Source: Selaginella moellendorffii (taxonomy: Eukaryota > Plantae > Lycopodiophyta). From it: a stretch of 64,000 nucleotides of DNA. This document shows positions 1 through 12,916 of the stretch, in pieces (positions within the stretch are counted from its first letter, which is position 1; each line of letters begins with the position of its first letter). The position numbers were made by a program, and so were the translations under genes. The DNA is taken from assembly GCF_000143415.4 (NCBI RefSeq), contig NW_003314263.1, forward strand, positions 223,114 to 287,113. Direction: 5' to 3'. The notes under the pieces are model-generated. The model did not search any database, had not been told where the DNA came from, and saw only the letters and a list, made by a program, of their open reading frames with translations.

Positions 1-3000
1 TTGAGTAGTTCACGTGGAATATAAAGTGCATCTTCCCCATCTCTTGAGGAAGTCAGAGGTAGTAAGCCACTTTACCAATTTGAGCCTCAATCTCATAAGG
101 CCCCACAAACCTACTTAAGGAACTTAAGATTAGTTCATTTCCAAGAATACATGCATTTTATATTTGGGTCAATTTTTGGTTGATCCCACTTGGTAACCTT
201 AGGTTATTGGTGTTTAGCCACACCTTGTCCCTAAATTAAAACTTTACGTCTCGGCACTTTTGGTTTGTGTATTTAATTTGCCTTTATTGAGCATGTTTCA
301 AGGAATCCTTTATTAGATTCCAAATGTTAAGTCTTTCCATTGTGAATGCTTCTACTACGGGTAACTCTCCATAATACTTGGCCATGCCGAGTCCTATAAG
401 ACCTTAAATAACTTGCCCATTGATGATTTCTCATAGACTCACCCTAATATTTAAATGTGGTGAGTTGTTATAATATATTTCCGTAAGTCTCAAATGACTT
501 ACCCAATCAGTCTGGTCTCCAGAGACATAGCATTGCCAATAATCCTCCAGCTGTTTATTCACTCTTTCATCTTGTCTAGCTGTCAAAAAGTGTTATTGCC
601 ATTCGACTTGACTTAATACCCAATATCTGTCTATGGGTGATAAGCTATGCTGAATTTCAACTTAGTGTGATACTATTCCAAGAGAGTTCTCCAGAACCTA
701 CTAGTGAAGATCTTATCTCGATCTGAAGTAATCTTTTCTGGCCTTCTTTGCACTCGAACCATTTGTTTGAAGAATAACTTTGCGACACCTTCTGCATTCA
801 CTTTTGTTGTGGTGAGTATGAAATGTGCCATCTTCGAAAACCGGTCCACCACCACGAATATCACATTAAACCCCTCATTTGGGGGCAATCCCATGATAAA
901 TTCCATCATAAGATATTTTCACGGATGATCTGGAATCGGGAGGTTTTGTAACAAACCCCCACTAGCTTTAGTCATGACTTTGACCTGCTAATATATTAAA
1001 CATGTCTTTACATAGTTTTGAATGTCTTTAGCCATATTTGGCTAGTGATAAATGTAAGCCTATTGTCTTGGGCACTCTGCCATTTCCCATAAAAGGTCCA
1101 TCATGACACTTTTCTAAAACTACCTTCCTTAGCTCCTCTTGTGGAATATACACCATCATTTGTTTATAATAGATGAGTTCATTGCGTTTTGTATAACTTT
1201 TTTTGTCTTCTGTAGATGGCTTGCTTCTCTGGTGAGCATCCTACACCTCTTGGTTCCTTAGCAACGCTTTTTGTGCTAAATTATCATTCTTATACACTGT
1301 CCACACATCATCCCAAAAGGTTACTATTGCACTAGATATCGCTAACTTCAAGCTTGTTTTTCGACTTAGAGCATCTGTCATGATATTGCTCTTTCCAAGT
1401 TTATACAAAATCTCATAATCGAATTTAGCTAAAGCATCGGACCACCGACTCTATTTCCCTTGCAGGTTGGGTTGTGACAAAAAGTGTTTTGTTGCCATAT
1501 TATCTATGTAAACTTTGAAATGCCTCCTAAGGTAGTGTCAACACTACTTGAGTGTTTTGACCACTATAAACAGTTTTATTTGCTGAGCCTTGTCCAACTT
1601 CTTTGACGAGAATGCCACTGAGTGGTTGTTTTGCTTTAAAATTGCACATAACACAAAGTCTAATGCATCTATTTCTACCTCAAAGTCCTTACTAGAGTTT
1701 GATAATGCCAACACGGAAGTCTTCCTCAATTTCCCTTTGAGGTGGATAAATGCCACCCTATATTTTGCTATCCATATTATCTTCCCTTTTTCTGTTTGGT
1801 CCATTAAATGTAAGGTTACTCTTGAATAGTGTTTGATAAACTTTCAATAGTAGTTACATAGTTACACGCCCTTAACTCGTGTATATTCAATGGTCATTTC
1901 TATTTCTAGATTGCTTGGACCTTCTAAAGGTCCACTTTAAGCTTATCTTTACCCACCACATGCTCGAGAAACTTTACTTTTTGTTGAGCAAAGTTATATT
2001 TGCTCTTTTTAGCATATAACTTGTGTTTTCTTAGTTTTTCAAACACTTTTGTCAAGTGTTCAACATGCTCCTTTAGCGTCTCGCTATAGAATAAGATGTT
2101 GTCAATGTAGACAACCACGAAATGATCTAGATAGGGTACAAAAATGTGGTTCATCAACACTAAAAATGTTACTAGTGCATTGCATAACCCAAAGGGCATC
2201 ATTAGAAACTCAAAGTTTCCATACCTTGTCTGACAGGTTGTCTTCTCGACATCTTCTTCTTCTACCTTAATCTGGTAGTATCATGACCTTAGGTCAATCC
2301 TCGAAAAGTATTTCACCTTTTCTAACATATCGAATAAATCCTCAATCTTTAGTAAAGGGTACTTGTTCTTTTTGTATATTTGTTGAGCAATCAATAGTCT
2401 ATACATATGTGCATATAGCCATTTTTCTTTTTCACAAATAACACCAATGCTCCATATGGCAACAGCTCAATCTAACATACCTTTTTTCCACCAACTCTTC
2501 AAATTGATACTTGAGCCTCTTCAAATTCCTTTTTATTCAACTGATAGGGGGGACAAACCACTACTTTAGCATCCTTGACTAGCTCGATTTTATGTTTTAT
2601 TGGTTGTGTGGGGGGTAACCTTGCTAGTAACTCCTCTAGCATGGTATTTCAAAATTGGTGTAACACTTGTTAAATCATTAAAAGTACTTATTTTGTTCTT
2701 GTATTTTTATCACTCTCTATTGAGAGTAAGCACAAAAATGCTACCTTAGTTCCTTTATTAAGTTGTTCTCTTGTGGACACCAAGTTCAAATAGTAGTCTT
2801 TAACCTTATATTACCCTACCTTTAGATCCTAGGCCTCCACCCTAGATTGTTTTCCTCAGGCATTCGCAAGGTTCCTACTTTGTCCATGTAGGGCTACCAC
2901 AAACCGATTGAATCAATCCATCCCGAAGATCACGTCAAATCCCGCTATATTCAGCACAGTGAAATCCATGTTTACTTTCCATGTCCCTACTTCAACTCTT

Positions 3001-4772
3001 GCTTGTCAAAGTACCTCATCAGTGCTTTGGCTACCTTGAATAAACTTTATAGTCCTTGGTTCACCCAACCACTATACTGTTAATCCGGCTTTCTAAACTG
3101 TCTGTAACCACAAAATTATCCGAAACACCCTTGTCAATAAAAATCTTAACTAAGCTTCCCTTGGAGGGTTACTAAATGTCACAAATGATTTTCTACCGAA
3201 GTTTCTTATGTAATGAGTAACTTTGAGTTAGAGATTGGATCATATACCTCAATTTCGATTTCACTTAATGGCCATATTGACTTTGCCCTTCTTTGGGTAG
3301 GGATATTTTCTTGAAAAGTGTCCTACTTCACCGTAGTTGAAGTATATGTTATTTCCCATGCTATTAGCAAACTTGACTTTTTTATCAGTGGGTTTGTCCT
3401 TTTTCGCTTGACTCCCCCACATACTTGCTTGTCACTACCAGATCTGCCTTTTTGAAACCTTAAGGACTCATTCTTAGAAAAACTCTTCTTAAATTTCTTA
3501 TATCCCCTTTGGTTTAGCTCCTTTGCTAAACATAGACTTTGACCCCGTTGTGTTCCCCTTTTATAGATTATCATTGAAATACACTATAATAGCTACATCC
3601 AATGCTTCCTTATAGTTAGTTGGATTCCAACACATCACCTCACATTAAACCCAAGTCTGTAAGCTTGATATGAAAGCATAGAATACATCTATATTACCCA
3701 TGTCTATGACAAGGATCCTCTTCACCATAAACACATTCACATACTCTTGAATGGTTTTTGTCTACTTTAGCCTATTCAACTCATCCTTTAAATGCAAAGT
3801 AGCATTTGGAAGAACATAAATTGTGTGGATCCTTGCCTTTATAATTTCCTAAGTGGCCATCGATCCTTTGTTGGCCTCTATTGTTTTCCACCAAGACTTA
3901 GTATTATCTGCCAATATGGTTTTACACATGAAACCTTCTCTGATTTTTGTAATTGCAACACTTAGAAGTAATCCTTCATATCATAAAACTAATCCTCCAC
4001 CATTTTATAGTCATTTACTTTCTTGGATTAAGAGTATTAACCATTTAATCTTTAGGGGGAGCTAAATCTAGAGTCTAGTTTTGGACTCCTTAGTAATTAT
4101 ATCATCACCCACCACGTGGGTGTAGCCTTCTTTAGTCACATTAGCCTTTTTTGGTTAAATTAATTCTACTAAAGTCCTCCCCCACACTCTTCTTATTATA
4201 CTTTTAGAACCCCCTAACCCCCCTTAGGGGATGATTGCTTTGGGCTTTTACCCATGATCTATATTAGTATTTGGTTATAGTTTTGGTCTCAAACTTAGAC
4301 TTGGACTCGGTCTTAGTCTTAATCTCAGTCTCAAACTCCATCTTGGACACAGTCCCAGCTTCCATCTCAGACTCGACCTTGGGCTCCATCTCGGTGTCGA
4401 TCCCGGAGTCAATGTCGAACTTAGTCTCAAACTTGATTTTGGACTCGATATCAACACTTCCATGTATCACAACACTTGCCACATATCAATCCTTCTTGTT
4501 TCCTTTTTTGAAAACTCATTTTTTAAGCACTTCTTTATAAGTTCCACTCCCACTCTCAACTTTCCGAGTTAGAGTTTTTGGTCCAAACGTGTTATGTTTG
4601 TAAGACTTTTTTTTCAGCCACTACCACATGGCCCACTTTTGATAACAATGCCATTTCCATTAGCATATGTGTTAGCGATGTTAATGACTTAATTACACAC
4701 CTTCTCTATTTAACAATCTACTCTAAGTGTTAACGAATATCCACTTTGGGGCTTAAGGATTTATGTCTTACA
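1..4772 (-). mobile_element. Degenerate Ty3/gypsy LTR retrotransposon (gag-PR-RT-RNaseH-IN), 3' end outside window
   Basis: Minus-strand fragments in gypsy order: RT (1924-2202, MPFGLCNA...VYIDNIL), RNaseH (1544-1804), integrase (673-909, VVVDRFSKMAHF...ITSDRD) and GPY/F-like motif near 1-115. A decayed tRNA-Met PBS (ttttgataaca, approx. ctctgatacca) lies at about 4647-4657, followed by a candidate LTR TG(4659)...CA(4772). Many stops and frameshifts. Confidence 0.85.
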
Positions 4773-5675
4773 TTGCACTTCCAACTTACATAACCACTTT
4801 GGGTTATATCCCTCAATTTTTATTGTTTGGTTTTATCTTTTTATTACTTGCTCTTTGTTTTATACATTCTTTCCATTTATCCTCCTCCATTCTAGCAAGT
4901 ATTTTTAGGGATAAACTTACTCAATAACTTAGAGAGTGGTTCTTTAATTAGGATATCTCAACTTGTAATCACACCAAACTACTCCTTATATTTTAGTCGT
5001 GTTAAAATATTTTTGACATTATCAACTTTGGATAGACAAACTTCCCCCTCCTCTAGCTTTTTTTAACTTTGAACTTTGGATAGTACATCTTATCTATTAT
5101 TCTTTAAGGAGTTAGGATTTTGGGCTTTATTTAATGCCTTCATGATACTAAATACTATTTTCTTGGTCTTTTAAGGTGTTTATACGTCTTAATAATAGAC
5201 TTTTTAAGCAATGAATATTTCTTTCTAAAACATTAACTCACTATATCATAATGTAAGCAATTTATTCTTATATCTAACCTTATTTTTATCCTAACAAAAA
5301 TTCTTAAGAAGTTAACTTCCACTATTCCAATAATCTATACTAAGCTTTTTGCTTAGTTGCCTCATAATTATCATGTTTCACAACTCATTATTGATACTTC
5401 CATATATTTGGTCAAATCACTTAAATCTTATACCTTCCAACTTAGGCTATATTTCTCCTATTTCTATTGGGGTTCTTTTAATAAGGGGTTTTCATAAACT
5501 AGCCAACTTAACCTTAAGGTATCTTCCCTTGAAATATTTATTGTTCATTTCATGAGCCTATCTTTACAACACATTTTACTTGTATCTATATCTTCTACAA
5601 AAGCATACTTTGCCATTTTATACGTTGACTATTAAATATCCCTTCACCATTTTTCAACATAACATTTGTATGTAA
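4773..5675 (-). mobile_element. Highly decayed retrotransposon 3' part (integrase/chromodomain-like remnant)
   Basis: AT-rich sequence with a PPT-like purine tract next to 4772 on the minus strand. Shares a short match (caaaagcatactttgcca) with the decayed integrase at 46.5-47.7 kb. Confidence 0.35.
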
Positions 5676-5677
5676 AA

Positions 5678-7744
5678 TCTTAATCTCTTTGGGTGACCCA
5701 TGACGAACAGAAACCTTGATTGGACGTGCATCCCCGGTTGGAATAGGATGACATGTGGCAATCTTGGCCCCAGACAATAGGTCAAATTTAAAGAGACCAG
5801 AATACTCCTTTATGAGCCACTTAACTACTGCAACACAAAGATTGTTAGAGGGATCGAAAAAGGGAAGAGCAAAGCAAGATGAAAATATAGGAGGAAGGAG
5901 TGGGGGAATAAAAGTAATTGAAGTAAAGGTAGAAGTAAAAGGACGAAGAAGTACTGAAGTGAGAGGAATGGATGAAATATAAGGTAGGATAACACAAGGG
6001 GGAGAAGCTTTAAAATCACACTTGGCAACCAATCTATACCAAGAATGAGGTCAAAAGCTTGACTCAGCACCACCCGCAATGACTGTAACCCAAGCTCAAG
6101 ATCACCCACATGCACAACCAGGTCCGCCTCATCCCGTGCACATGCATATGTATGGCCGTTGCCATTAAGAATAAAAATTGGCTCTACCGCAGGACGCAAG
6201 TGTAGATGGCAACATGTGGCAATATGTCGAGCAATACAAAATAAGCTTTAACCTATATCAACCAACACAGAGAGAATAATAGGAGACCTTTTGTTAAAAA
6301 AATGAGCTTAGAAAGTAAACATTGGATGAACTAGTGCTGAGTGATGATGATACTCCCGAAAGAAAGATGGAGAGGTCATTGACTTATTTGCGCAAGGTCT
6401 CTTCATTACTCGTGCAACTCCTCATGTCCCGGATGCATCTCGGTGTCCAGACCTTCCACTGCAGCAACACCAATAGGACGTTGTTGACACCAAGGTCTCC
6501 ACCCAGGAAATGGAGGTCGCCAATCTGGAAAACACCGACAACGCCGATAAGTGTGACCAAATTCATCACATGCTCAACAGCAAACATCATGGCTACGACT
6601 ATGTCCTCGCTTTTGTCCTTAGACTCGAGTAGCAACAGCATCAACCTCCATTGGAACAAGATCATTGCCCACAAGGAGTGGAGCAGAAGGACGTGCAATG
6701 AGAAGTGGAAGAAACAACATTTCATAACATTGTGCTAGGTGAAGAGCGTTGTCAAGGGCAGCTGAAGCAAGTGCATGCACAAGTCTAACAAGATCTTGAC
6801 AAAGTGCTGGCCACAACATTCCTAGCTTGATCCACTTCGACATATTTGGCTCTGCATGAAGCAAGAGGCTTCAGAAACGAATGCCAAATTGCATCACCGA
6901 CTCAGATAGCCCTTGACGAAGACAATGCAATTGCTAGAAGGCATCATCACAATCGTCGGCATATCTGAATGCTCATTTGAAGACGTTCAGAAGAACACTC
7001 CAATTCCCACAAGTGGTTGCACTCAAACCATTGTACCACTGCAGTGCCATCCCTTGGAGACACGTGGGAAACTTACGCAAATCTTGGGCATTATCCCAAG
7101 AATGATATGTGGCAATCACCGTGAAGTGATCAAACCAATGGTAAACATCATCCCTAGGATTCCCATGAAAGAACTCCGGCCGAACGCGAGGATCGACACC
7201 AAGAGCAGGAGGAGATGTACCACATGCCGTGAATGTTGCCATTAACTGAGTTTGGTTGTTCAATTGCAATCGCATGGCATTAAGCAATTGCACCAACTGC
7301 TGCTCCAGAGTTAGAGGGGGAGACTACTACTCTACCATGAAGATGAATGAAAAGGAAAGAGCAAAAGAAGGGAAATGAGAAAGAATTAGAAAGAAGGGAG
7401 ATCTAGATAATGGAAAAGCTAGATCTAAATTAGAATCCTGAGAGGGAAGAACAAAAGAAAGGGAATGGAAAAAGCTAGATTAAGATGATGCAAAAGTTAG
7501 ATTTAAACCAAAATCCCAAATCCAAGCACTTCTTAGGGATAAGGAAAGGTGCCTTTTATCTCCACCAATGTGAGTGTTTGGAATATGGAAAGGGAATATA
7601 GAAAATGTGCATATCAATTAGCCCAAAAATCCTAGCTTATATACAGGAGCGAGTGGTTCAGATTGAAACCAATCTAACAGCTATCAAAATCCCATTACAC
7701 TAATATTAGTATACAGTATCGTAGCCATACACTTAGCCCTCACA
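5678..7744 (-). mobile_element. Ty3/gypsy 5' half: LTR, PBS, gag, protease and start of RT
   Basis: gag 6973-7296 (PEFFHGNPRDDVYHWFDHF...LQGMALQWY), protease tail FDLILGIDWL, RT start (HPIPTGDARPIKV...SPKEIKIL). PBS TGGTGGAGAT (tRNA-Ala-like; plus-strand atctccacca 7558-7567). Candidate LTR TGTGAG(7569)...CTCACA(7744). Confidence 0.75.
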
Positions 7745-8248
7745 TATATGTATGTATGTATGTAAATATATACATTAAAGTTCTTTTGTTGATATATTAG
7801 GATCTGGAGGAATATCAAAAAGAGGTATTGATAGATTTGTAAATAGTGCAATTTTTTTTTAATCTCTTTATATAAAACATTTTAATTGTTGTATATATAT
7901 AATTTCTAGAAGATATATCTTGCCAAACCTTATAAACTTGTAATCCAACTTGTCACAATACTTGACAGGTTATATACCATAAGATTAGGAAAATGAATTA
8001 ACACCAAGTCATTTATTTCATACTTTGCAAATGGATAATTATGAGCGTTGTAACACCATTGTTGTTCTACTTGCATATAGCCCATATATTCAATAGACTT
8101 TATTTGAACTAGTGGAAAATGCTTATCAAATATTGATCCTAGAACTTAGCATTAATGCAACTGCAAAAGTAAATTCAACTCTGGTAATATGAAATAATGA
8201 CCATATAAAAGCTTATATGGTGAAACATTAATAAAACTTTACATCCTA

Positions 8249-8250
<2 letters not shown>

Positions 8251-8314
<64 letters not shown>
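8251..8314. repeat. (AT)n microsatellite
   Basis: Perfect AT dinucleotide run of about 64 bp. Confidence 0.97.
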
Positions 8315-8317
<3 letters not shown>

Positions 8318-8687
8318 AGAGATGGCAAATAATCATTTAATTATAAATGTTGAAAGCTCATTTACTTTACAATCATTTATTTGAAGGTCTAAACAAGCTA
8401 TTCTGCCAAACTATTCATTTATAGATGATAAACACTTGCAAAAGTGTGGTGTATCCTTAATTGAAACATCATGATATGAAATGCCTCAACCATAAATGAA
8501 AAACCATTATATAAGAGAATCCGCTTTAAATAAAAATGTTGGAACACCAAAATGAAATATCTAACAATAGTCTCAAACACATTAGTAAGAGCATACCTAA
8601 TGAGTTATATAGTCAAAAGCAATAATGACATACTCATTATCAATAATTGACTGTCCCCATCAAATCAAATGCCATAAGATCAAATTA

Positions 8688-8846
8688 TAATGCATGTAAT
8701 CATAGGATGAAATTTGGATATATTATCACCGTGAATCTTTGAAATTTTAGGGGGTATATAGGGATAAAATAGCTATTAAAAGTTTTTTTATAAAGTAATT
8801 ACCCTTTTTCTAATTAGCTTAAGAGGACAGAAATATGGTATACTAT
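8688..8846 (+). mobile_element. Decayed solo LTR of the TRIM family seen at 12917-13570
   Basis: Aligns with LTR 12917-13068 (gatgaaattt.gatata...aattaccctttttc.aatt.gcttaag). Confidence 0.75.
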
Positions 8847-9357
8847 TAGGATATTTATAGACCTTGAGTGGTTAAAATATTTTACTGAGTCACCAAGCTT
8901 TTAGACTTTATTAGTCTCATGACATATAAGGTCCAAGCCTCATGGTTACTTTTAAGGTGCCACTACTCTTAAATATAACTTATTATATTCATGTTTTATT
9001 CATAAAACCATTCCTACAAGTGTTATTTCAATACGTGATTATCTTTTGTCCCATATGGGTATGAAAACTATTTTTCCACATCATGAGAATGCTAATTCAT
9101 CCTTTAAATATACCCCCAACTCCTTAAGTTGTCCCAACATTTATTAAAAGTAGCCTTAACTACCAATTTAAGAATATATATCCTCATTTTTATTTAACCT
9201 TCTATTAAGAAAGAAGCCTCTCAATGGTGGGGAGAACACTTTCTTATACTCTAAAATCCCACTCAAAATATATCTCTTATGTGAACTTCTTGACCTAGAA
9301 AATAGGAATAATTTCAAAGGATTAGTGAAAACACATTTGGATTGAAGTGTGTTGTAT

Positions 9358-9979
9358 TGTAAGCTTATGAGAATTTGAACTTCCCAAAAAGTCACCCAAC
9401 TTAGTACTATTCAAACTGAGTGGTTATCCAACCCAGTACTATTCAAACACAAAGACAATTAACCCCAAATATCCTAAAACCCTTAACCAATTAGAAAAGG
9501 GAGTGTATTTTTGTTTATCGTCTTTATATTTGAACTTTCATAAATTGTCTTTCGAGTCATTTTCTTTAGTTGTTTGTAATCCACCATACTTCCTTGCAAG
9601 TTCATGCCCTCGTGAATAAAAGTTAAGAGCCATAACTCTCCCAAGAGCCTCGCTTTTTTGACACCTTACCCCTCAGGTCAAGTCCAGCTAGAGCAAACTA
9701 AACGTCTTAGATGTCAATTAATATGTGGTGTGATTATTATAGCCAACCAATATAATTGGACTCAAGACTACTCTAATATCAAATGTAAGCTCTTCAGAAT
9801 TTAGACTTCCCGGAGGTTACCTAACCCAATATTATTCAAACCCAAAAATGTTTAAACCCAAATATCTCAAAATCCTTAATTAATTAAAAAAGGGGGTGCA
9901 CTCTTATTCATAAGCTCTTTCCTTTTATATTTAAACCCTTATGGATCATCTTTCAAGTCGTTATCTTTGATTGCTTATA
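9358..9979 (-). mobile_element. Cassandra-like TRIM with 5S rRNA-derived LTRs (complete, decayed)
   Basis: Two direct repeats, 9358-9578 and 9784-9979, both beginning TGTAAGC. Non-coding internal domain of about 205 bp with a decayed tRNA-Met PBS (ctctaatatca, 9771-9781) and a PPT-like ggtggat. The LTRs carry the reverse complement of the 5S A-box/IE/C-box region and match the solo LTR at 45472-45665. Flanks tgtat/tatac may be a mutated TSD. Confidence 0.85.
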
Positions 9980-10058
9980 TATACTCAATCAAGAATTAAA
10001 AGGATTATGAGTTCCAAGTATGAGATATCTTTAATGGCAGAGGATGCTATTCTAAATT

Positions 10059-12620
10059 TATGAAAAAGTGTTCATGAAAGAAAATAAAGGGTGTTATTTG
10101 GAAGTCGCGGAGTCCTTGGGCATGTGAACCTCATCTTGTGACAAAGCTTTATGAGAGTATTTGTTTTTGCATCAACTATTGTCCATTAAATGAAATGATG
10201 ATCTTGAATGTGTACCCTCTTCCTCACACTGCTGATCTTTTGGATCGTCTGGGGCGAAGTCGTTAGTTCACCAAGCTAGATCTTGCTTCTGGGTACTGGC
10301 AAGTACTGATGGCCGAAGAAGATATTTCTAAGATTGCTTTTTGTACACCATTTGGTTTGTACGAGTTCTTGGTGATGTCGTTTGGTTTGAACAATGCTTT
10401 AGCAGCTTTTCAACAGATGATGGACGAGGTTTTTTGCAATATGCCAGAGGTGACTATTGACTTCATTAATGATGTTTTGATTCACTCAAAGGAGATGTGG
10501 GAGGAGCACATTCGTGATGTTTGTAAAGTGTTAGATCGGCTATGGGACATTGGTTTAAAGCTGAAGCAGTCGAAGTGCGTATTTGGGTCCAAAGACACGA
10601 TTTATCTTTGGTATGTATTTTTTGCAAGTTGATCTTAACAAACTTGTGACTATTTTAAAGTTCCCTACTCCAAAGTGTGTGAATGATGTGTAGCACTTCT
10701 TAGGCAAGGTATAGTATCTTAGTCATTTTGTGGATCATCTTTTTTATCGCACTACACTGTTGCAAGTGTTGCTGAAGTTATTAACGTCATCTTTCATTTG
10801 GTCTCCGAATTGTGAGCAGGCATTTGTGGATCTCAATGAGCCGTTGACGACTCCTCTAGTTTTGGCATATCCTGACTACACTCAACCTTTTATTTTGCGT
10901 GTGAATGCTTCTGATATTGGTCTTGGAGGTGTGTTGATGCAAGAAAGCCCGAGTGTGCCTGATCAGCGTCATCCCATTGCATATATAAGCCATACGTTAC
11001 AACCAGTAGCAGTGAACTACTCCACAATAAAGAAGGAGTGTTTAGCAACAGTTTGGGGTTTTGAGAAACTTCATGCATATCTATATGGTTCTCAAATGTT
11101 ACTTGAAGGTGATCATGCTACCATTACTTCATTATTAAAGTGAAAAAACTTGGTTGGTCGTACTGCTCGGTGGGCTTTGAAGTTTCAGATATATAATTTT
11201 GATGTTGTTCATTGCCCTGGGAGTTTTATGGCTAATGCTGATGGCTTTTCTTAAGCTCCTCTTCCTTCTCCACTCTCTTCTCTTGTTTCTGACGAGCCTG
11301 TTGTTCCAATGTTTGTGGATTTTCTAGACGAGGATTCTATGCCATCAGCAGTTGTTGTACTCGACATTCTATGCTCCACAAGGTGTAGAGCAAGATTTAC
11401 CTTCTCTTGATGAGGTTCACGAAGCTAAAAAACTTGAGCCATGGATACGAAGCCTTTGAAATGGGTTTGAGAATTCTACATCACTTGCTGATGACTTGCC
11501 ATTCTGGCATTTACATTCTCAATATCGCTTTGAAGATGGCTTTTTTTATTTTATGGGGATGGATCTTGATGATCATTTATAGCTAGTGGTGCCTTCTATC
11601 TTTATTCCGCAATTTCTCCATGCCTACCATGATTCTCCTATTCTAGGCAGGCATATGGGACATTGTCGTGTGACTGAGAAGCTACATAGGTCTTTCTATT
11701 GGCCGGAAATGCGACGTGATGTTATCCAGTATGTGCATAGCTACGTTTGGTACCAAGCTCGTAATACTCCCCCTCGTGTTGTGGAAGGACGGTTGGAGTC
11801 AATTGCAGTTTTTCATCTGTTTGAGTTGGTGGCATTTGATCTTATGGGACCTTTTCCATGATTGATTGCTGGCAATGAGTATGTTATTATTGCTTCTGAC
11901 TATTTGACTCGTTAGGTGGAAGTTGGTGCTCTTGCTAGTGCCTCTGCAACTACTGTTGGATACTTCCTCCTCAATCGAGTGGTGTGCTAGCATTCTTGTC
12001 CGGAGCATATTCTTTCAGATAATGGTCCTGCATTTATGGCTGAGGCATTTCATGTTTTGATGTCTCGATTGGGGATACGCCATACTTTCACGAGTGCTTA
12101 TCATCCACAATCAGACGGTTTGGTGGAACGGTTCGTTCGGACATTCAAAGGGATGATCGTGAAGTATGTGAGCTTTTAGCATTTGGATTGGGATGGTTAT
12201 TTGCCGTCTCTTCGGTATGCATATGTCACAGGGGTGTAGAGTTCTGTTGGTGCTTCACCATATAAACTCCTATATGGTCATGATCCAATATTACCAACGG
12301 AATTGGGTTTATCTTCGTGATTGCCACGAGCTGCCGATGATAGGTTGTGGGATCAATATTTGACAAGCATTCTTCCACTTGTCCAAGCAGAGTCTGCTGA
12401 ACACTTAGGTCATGTACAAGTGGGACAACAACGGCGTTACAACTCCCATCATCGTCCACCTACAGAGTACAAAATGGATGACTTAGTGTTAGTCCGTTTT
12501 CCCTATCTTACAGTATGTGGTTTATCTAAAGGGCTCCTTACTTAGTGGAAAGGACCGTATTGGGTGTTGCGGCAAGTTGGACCACAAGTATATGAGGTTC
12601 GGCATGATGTCCAGCAAGCA
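10059..12620 (+). mobile_element. Ty3/gypsy pol 3' part (RT, RNaseH, integrase), degenerate
   Basis: LDLASGYWQV, GLYEFLVMSFGLNNA...FINDVLI (RT); NASDIGLGGVLMQ...YSTIKKECLA (RNaseH); HDSPILGRHMGH, SDNGPAF, SAYHPQSDGLVER (integrase). Broken by stops and frameshifts. Confidence 0.9.
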
Positions 12621-12916
12621 ATATAATATATATATACATATATACATATATGTATATATGTATGATATATGTGTGTGTATTTATCATAATAAGGAGAAAG
12701 TGGTGAACTTTTTGGGCTGCCGGATCCAGCCAATCGCAACTGTCCGATGGGGGGTAATTGTAAAGGGGTTATTTCTTTAACCACATCTTAGCAAATAATC
12801 ATGCTGATGTTTGCTCTTGGCCAATGGGAGGCGGCCAAGTTGCATGGGGCAAGAGAAGAATGCATTTCGACATGTGTCACATGCATATGTTCTATAGTAG
12901 ATCTCGCTGGCCTACT

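Noticed and set aside
4264-4540. ORFs on both strands with ETK/SVS repeats (also 45854-46395)
   Set aside because: Products of a degenerate hexamer array in the retrotransposon leader; not genes and not a CRISPR array.
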